Shown piece by piece: positions 62,361 to 64,000 of a stretch of 64,000 nucleotides of DNA; positions within the stretch are counted from its first letter, which is position 1, and each line of letters begins with the position of its first letter. The notes under the pieces are model-generated. The model was not told the origin of the DNA. It searched no databases and was given only the letters and a program-made list of their open reading frames with translations. Source of the stretch: Phoronis australis. Lineage: Eukaryota; Animalia; Phoronida. The translations under genes and the position numbers were made by a program. Location: positions 810,189 to 874,188 of the forward strand of contig NMRA01000121.1 in NCBI GenBank assembly GCA_002633005.1, written 5' to 3'.

Positions 62361-63122
62361 CGTCCGGATTTTAAATCATGATTAGCATCACGAAGTTTAT
62401 GAAGTTCAATCGATAAATGTTCTTGTGTGTTTCAATGAAACGTACCCACACTGGCATCTATCTCCATTGCTTTCTTTGGGGAGCTGAAAGGTTGAGCCAC
62501 CACTGATGAACCGCTAGGCTATCTGTGAAATTCCGAATGCATGCACTCGATTCTCCTCAGTCCCGGGGCGGAGCTTATACCAGGACACTAGCTCTAATCC
62601 AACCCTGTCAACAAACATTGCGTAACCGCAAGGGTGAGAAACAACATGACCGCCGGTCCTATAAATCGGACCGACTCACCCAAAACAGGACTGACGCACC
62701 TAAAAACATGACCGCCCCACCACAAAACAGGACCGCCGGGGACTGAGTAGTTAAGGCCTTTGCGTTATACCTGCGGGTTATGACGTAACCGGTCAGATAG
62801 CTGTGTAAAGACTATCGCCAAAATAAAGCTTGATCAGCGTTATTGAGCTCCGTTACATCCCCGAAATTTCCCACGGCCCGGGTAGTTCTGCTAGTCACCT
62901 CGTCGTGAAACTTACATCAACATGTAGTAGTCAGAGCGCGCGACCGGCGCAGGCACATGCAAAATCTAGGCGTCAGCCAACACTCACCTTGCAGATTGCA
63001 ACCGCTTGAGTGAAAAACAATCTATGAACTATTGTAACAATAAGTCCGGGCAATCGAGAGTCTGTGTCACGTTTTTCTCCGTGTGTGGGTGGGCGCAGGT
63101 TGTTACAGATCGGTGCTAATAA

Positions 63123-63645
63123 CAGTGGTCTAGAATATCACAAGGGGGGGCCCAACATGTTGTCTGAAAACATTTGTGCAAAGCACGATTAGATGCGCAT
63201 GGCACAGAATGGGGGGAGGTAGGGAGGGGGGTTCGCCCCCCTGCCGCCCAGGAAAATTTTTCTGTTTTTTCCTCTAAAAATCAAGCATTTTCCTTGATTC
63301 CTGAAGTATTATCCAAGAAAAAAAAAACGGCTAACGAGTCAACCATGAAAAACTCCAATAACCACAGACTCGAACTCACGACCTGTCGGGAAGAGCGAAT
63401 GTACTTTACCACTACACCACCACGACTTCACTCAACAAATAATGATAAGACAAGAGACCTACTTCATGGTCCACAGCGTTTGCGCGCGAAACCAACTTCT
63501 TTTTGTAATGCTTATTACACTTTTTCTACTTTGTGCAATCAGTTCGTAACAAATTTGTTGTATTTAAAATAGTCTTCAATTGCCCAAAAGACCAAATCCG
63601 TTTTTGTGTTGGCACTAATGACGCGATTGCTTTGGAAATCGTCTT
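63123..63645 (+). mobile_element. Third copy (5' part) of the 52942 repeat family
   Basis: CAGTGG..TAGAATATCACAAGGGGGG CCCAACATGTTGTCTGAAAACATTTGTGCAAAGCACG matches 52942 onward. Confidence 0.82.
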
Positions 63646-64000
63646 AAGTTTTTACTGTGATATATATTTATTGAAGGATACACAGAACATACAAAGAAAT
63701 AATAACAAACCCAGAAACCGCGAAGCATTATATCTGGGTTGTAAACAATTCGTCAATGAAACTTATATACATAGAGGTATATACAATTAAGTAGTATCTA
63801 AAATAAGTATTCCAATACTTAGACATGCTATTACAGATATATAAAAATAAAAATATGTACAGATTCATGTAGGGAAATCAGATGCAACAATATTGATAAA
63901 CGGTACATAAAAATTTGCTAACGTTGCTTAGGAGGAATTCGTTGAGAACAAAGTCAAGGTTAGGACTACCATTCAGTAATAATGTAACTCTAGTAGGGAT

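Noticed and set aside
62503-62540. CTGATGA...GAAA on the plus strand
   Set aside because: Stem II has two mismatches and there is no convincing stem III or cleavage triplet.

Overview
This is AT-rich, intron- and repeat-rich animal DNA, most likely from a marine invertebrate, not a prokaryote. Host genes: (1) the 5' half of a spliced hnRNP Q/R (SYNCRIP) gene on the minus strand, five coding exons at 4116-11465, continuing off the left edge; (2) an unknown plus-strand gene with two coding exons (32482-39257, about 438 aa); (3) a complete 8-exon, about 357-aa single-barrel 'core' cobalamin-independent methionine synthase (MetE C-terminal-like) gene on the minus strand (41444-50455), unusual for an animal; (4) an intronless, acidic, about 1091-aa ORF (55075-58350) built by nested in-frame duplication and an 11-aa repeat. 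Mobile DNA: two internally deleted Kolobok-type elements (TTAA target-site duplication, THAP ORF plus convergent KolX/P2X7-C-terminal-like ORF), a decayed Gypsy gag-protease with a tRNA-Leu PBS, a solo LTR, a Penelope-like remnant with a hammerhead-like core, several MITEs, tRNA-derived SINE heads and minisatellites. A 2.3-kb tandem duplication at a single-N join is probably an assembly artefact. All calls come from reading the sequence by eye; no searches were run.
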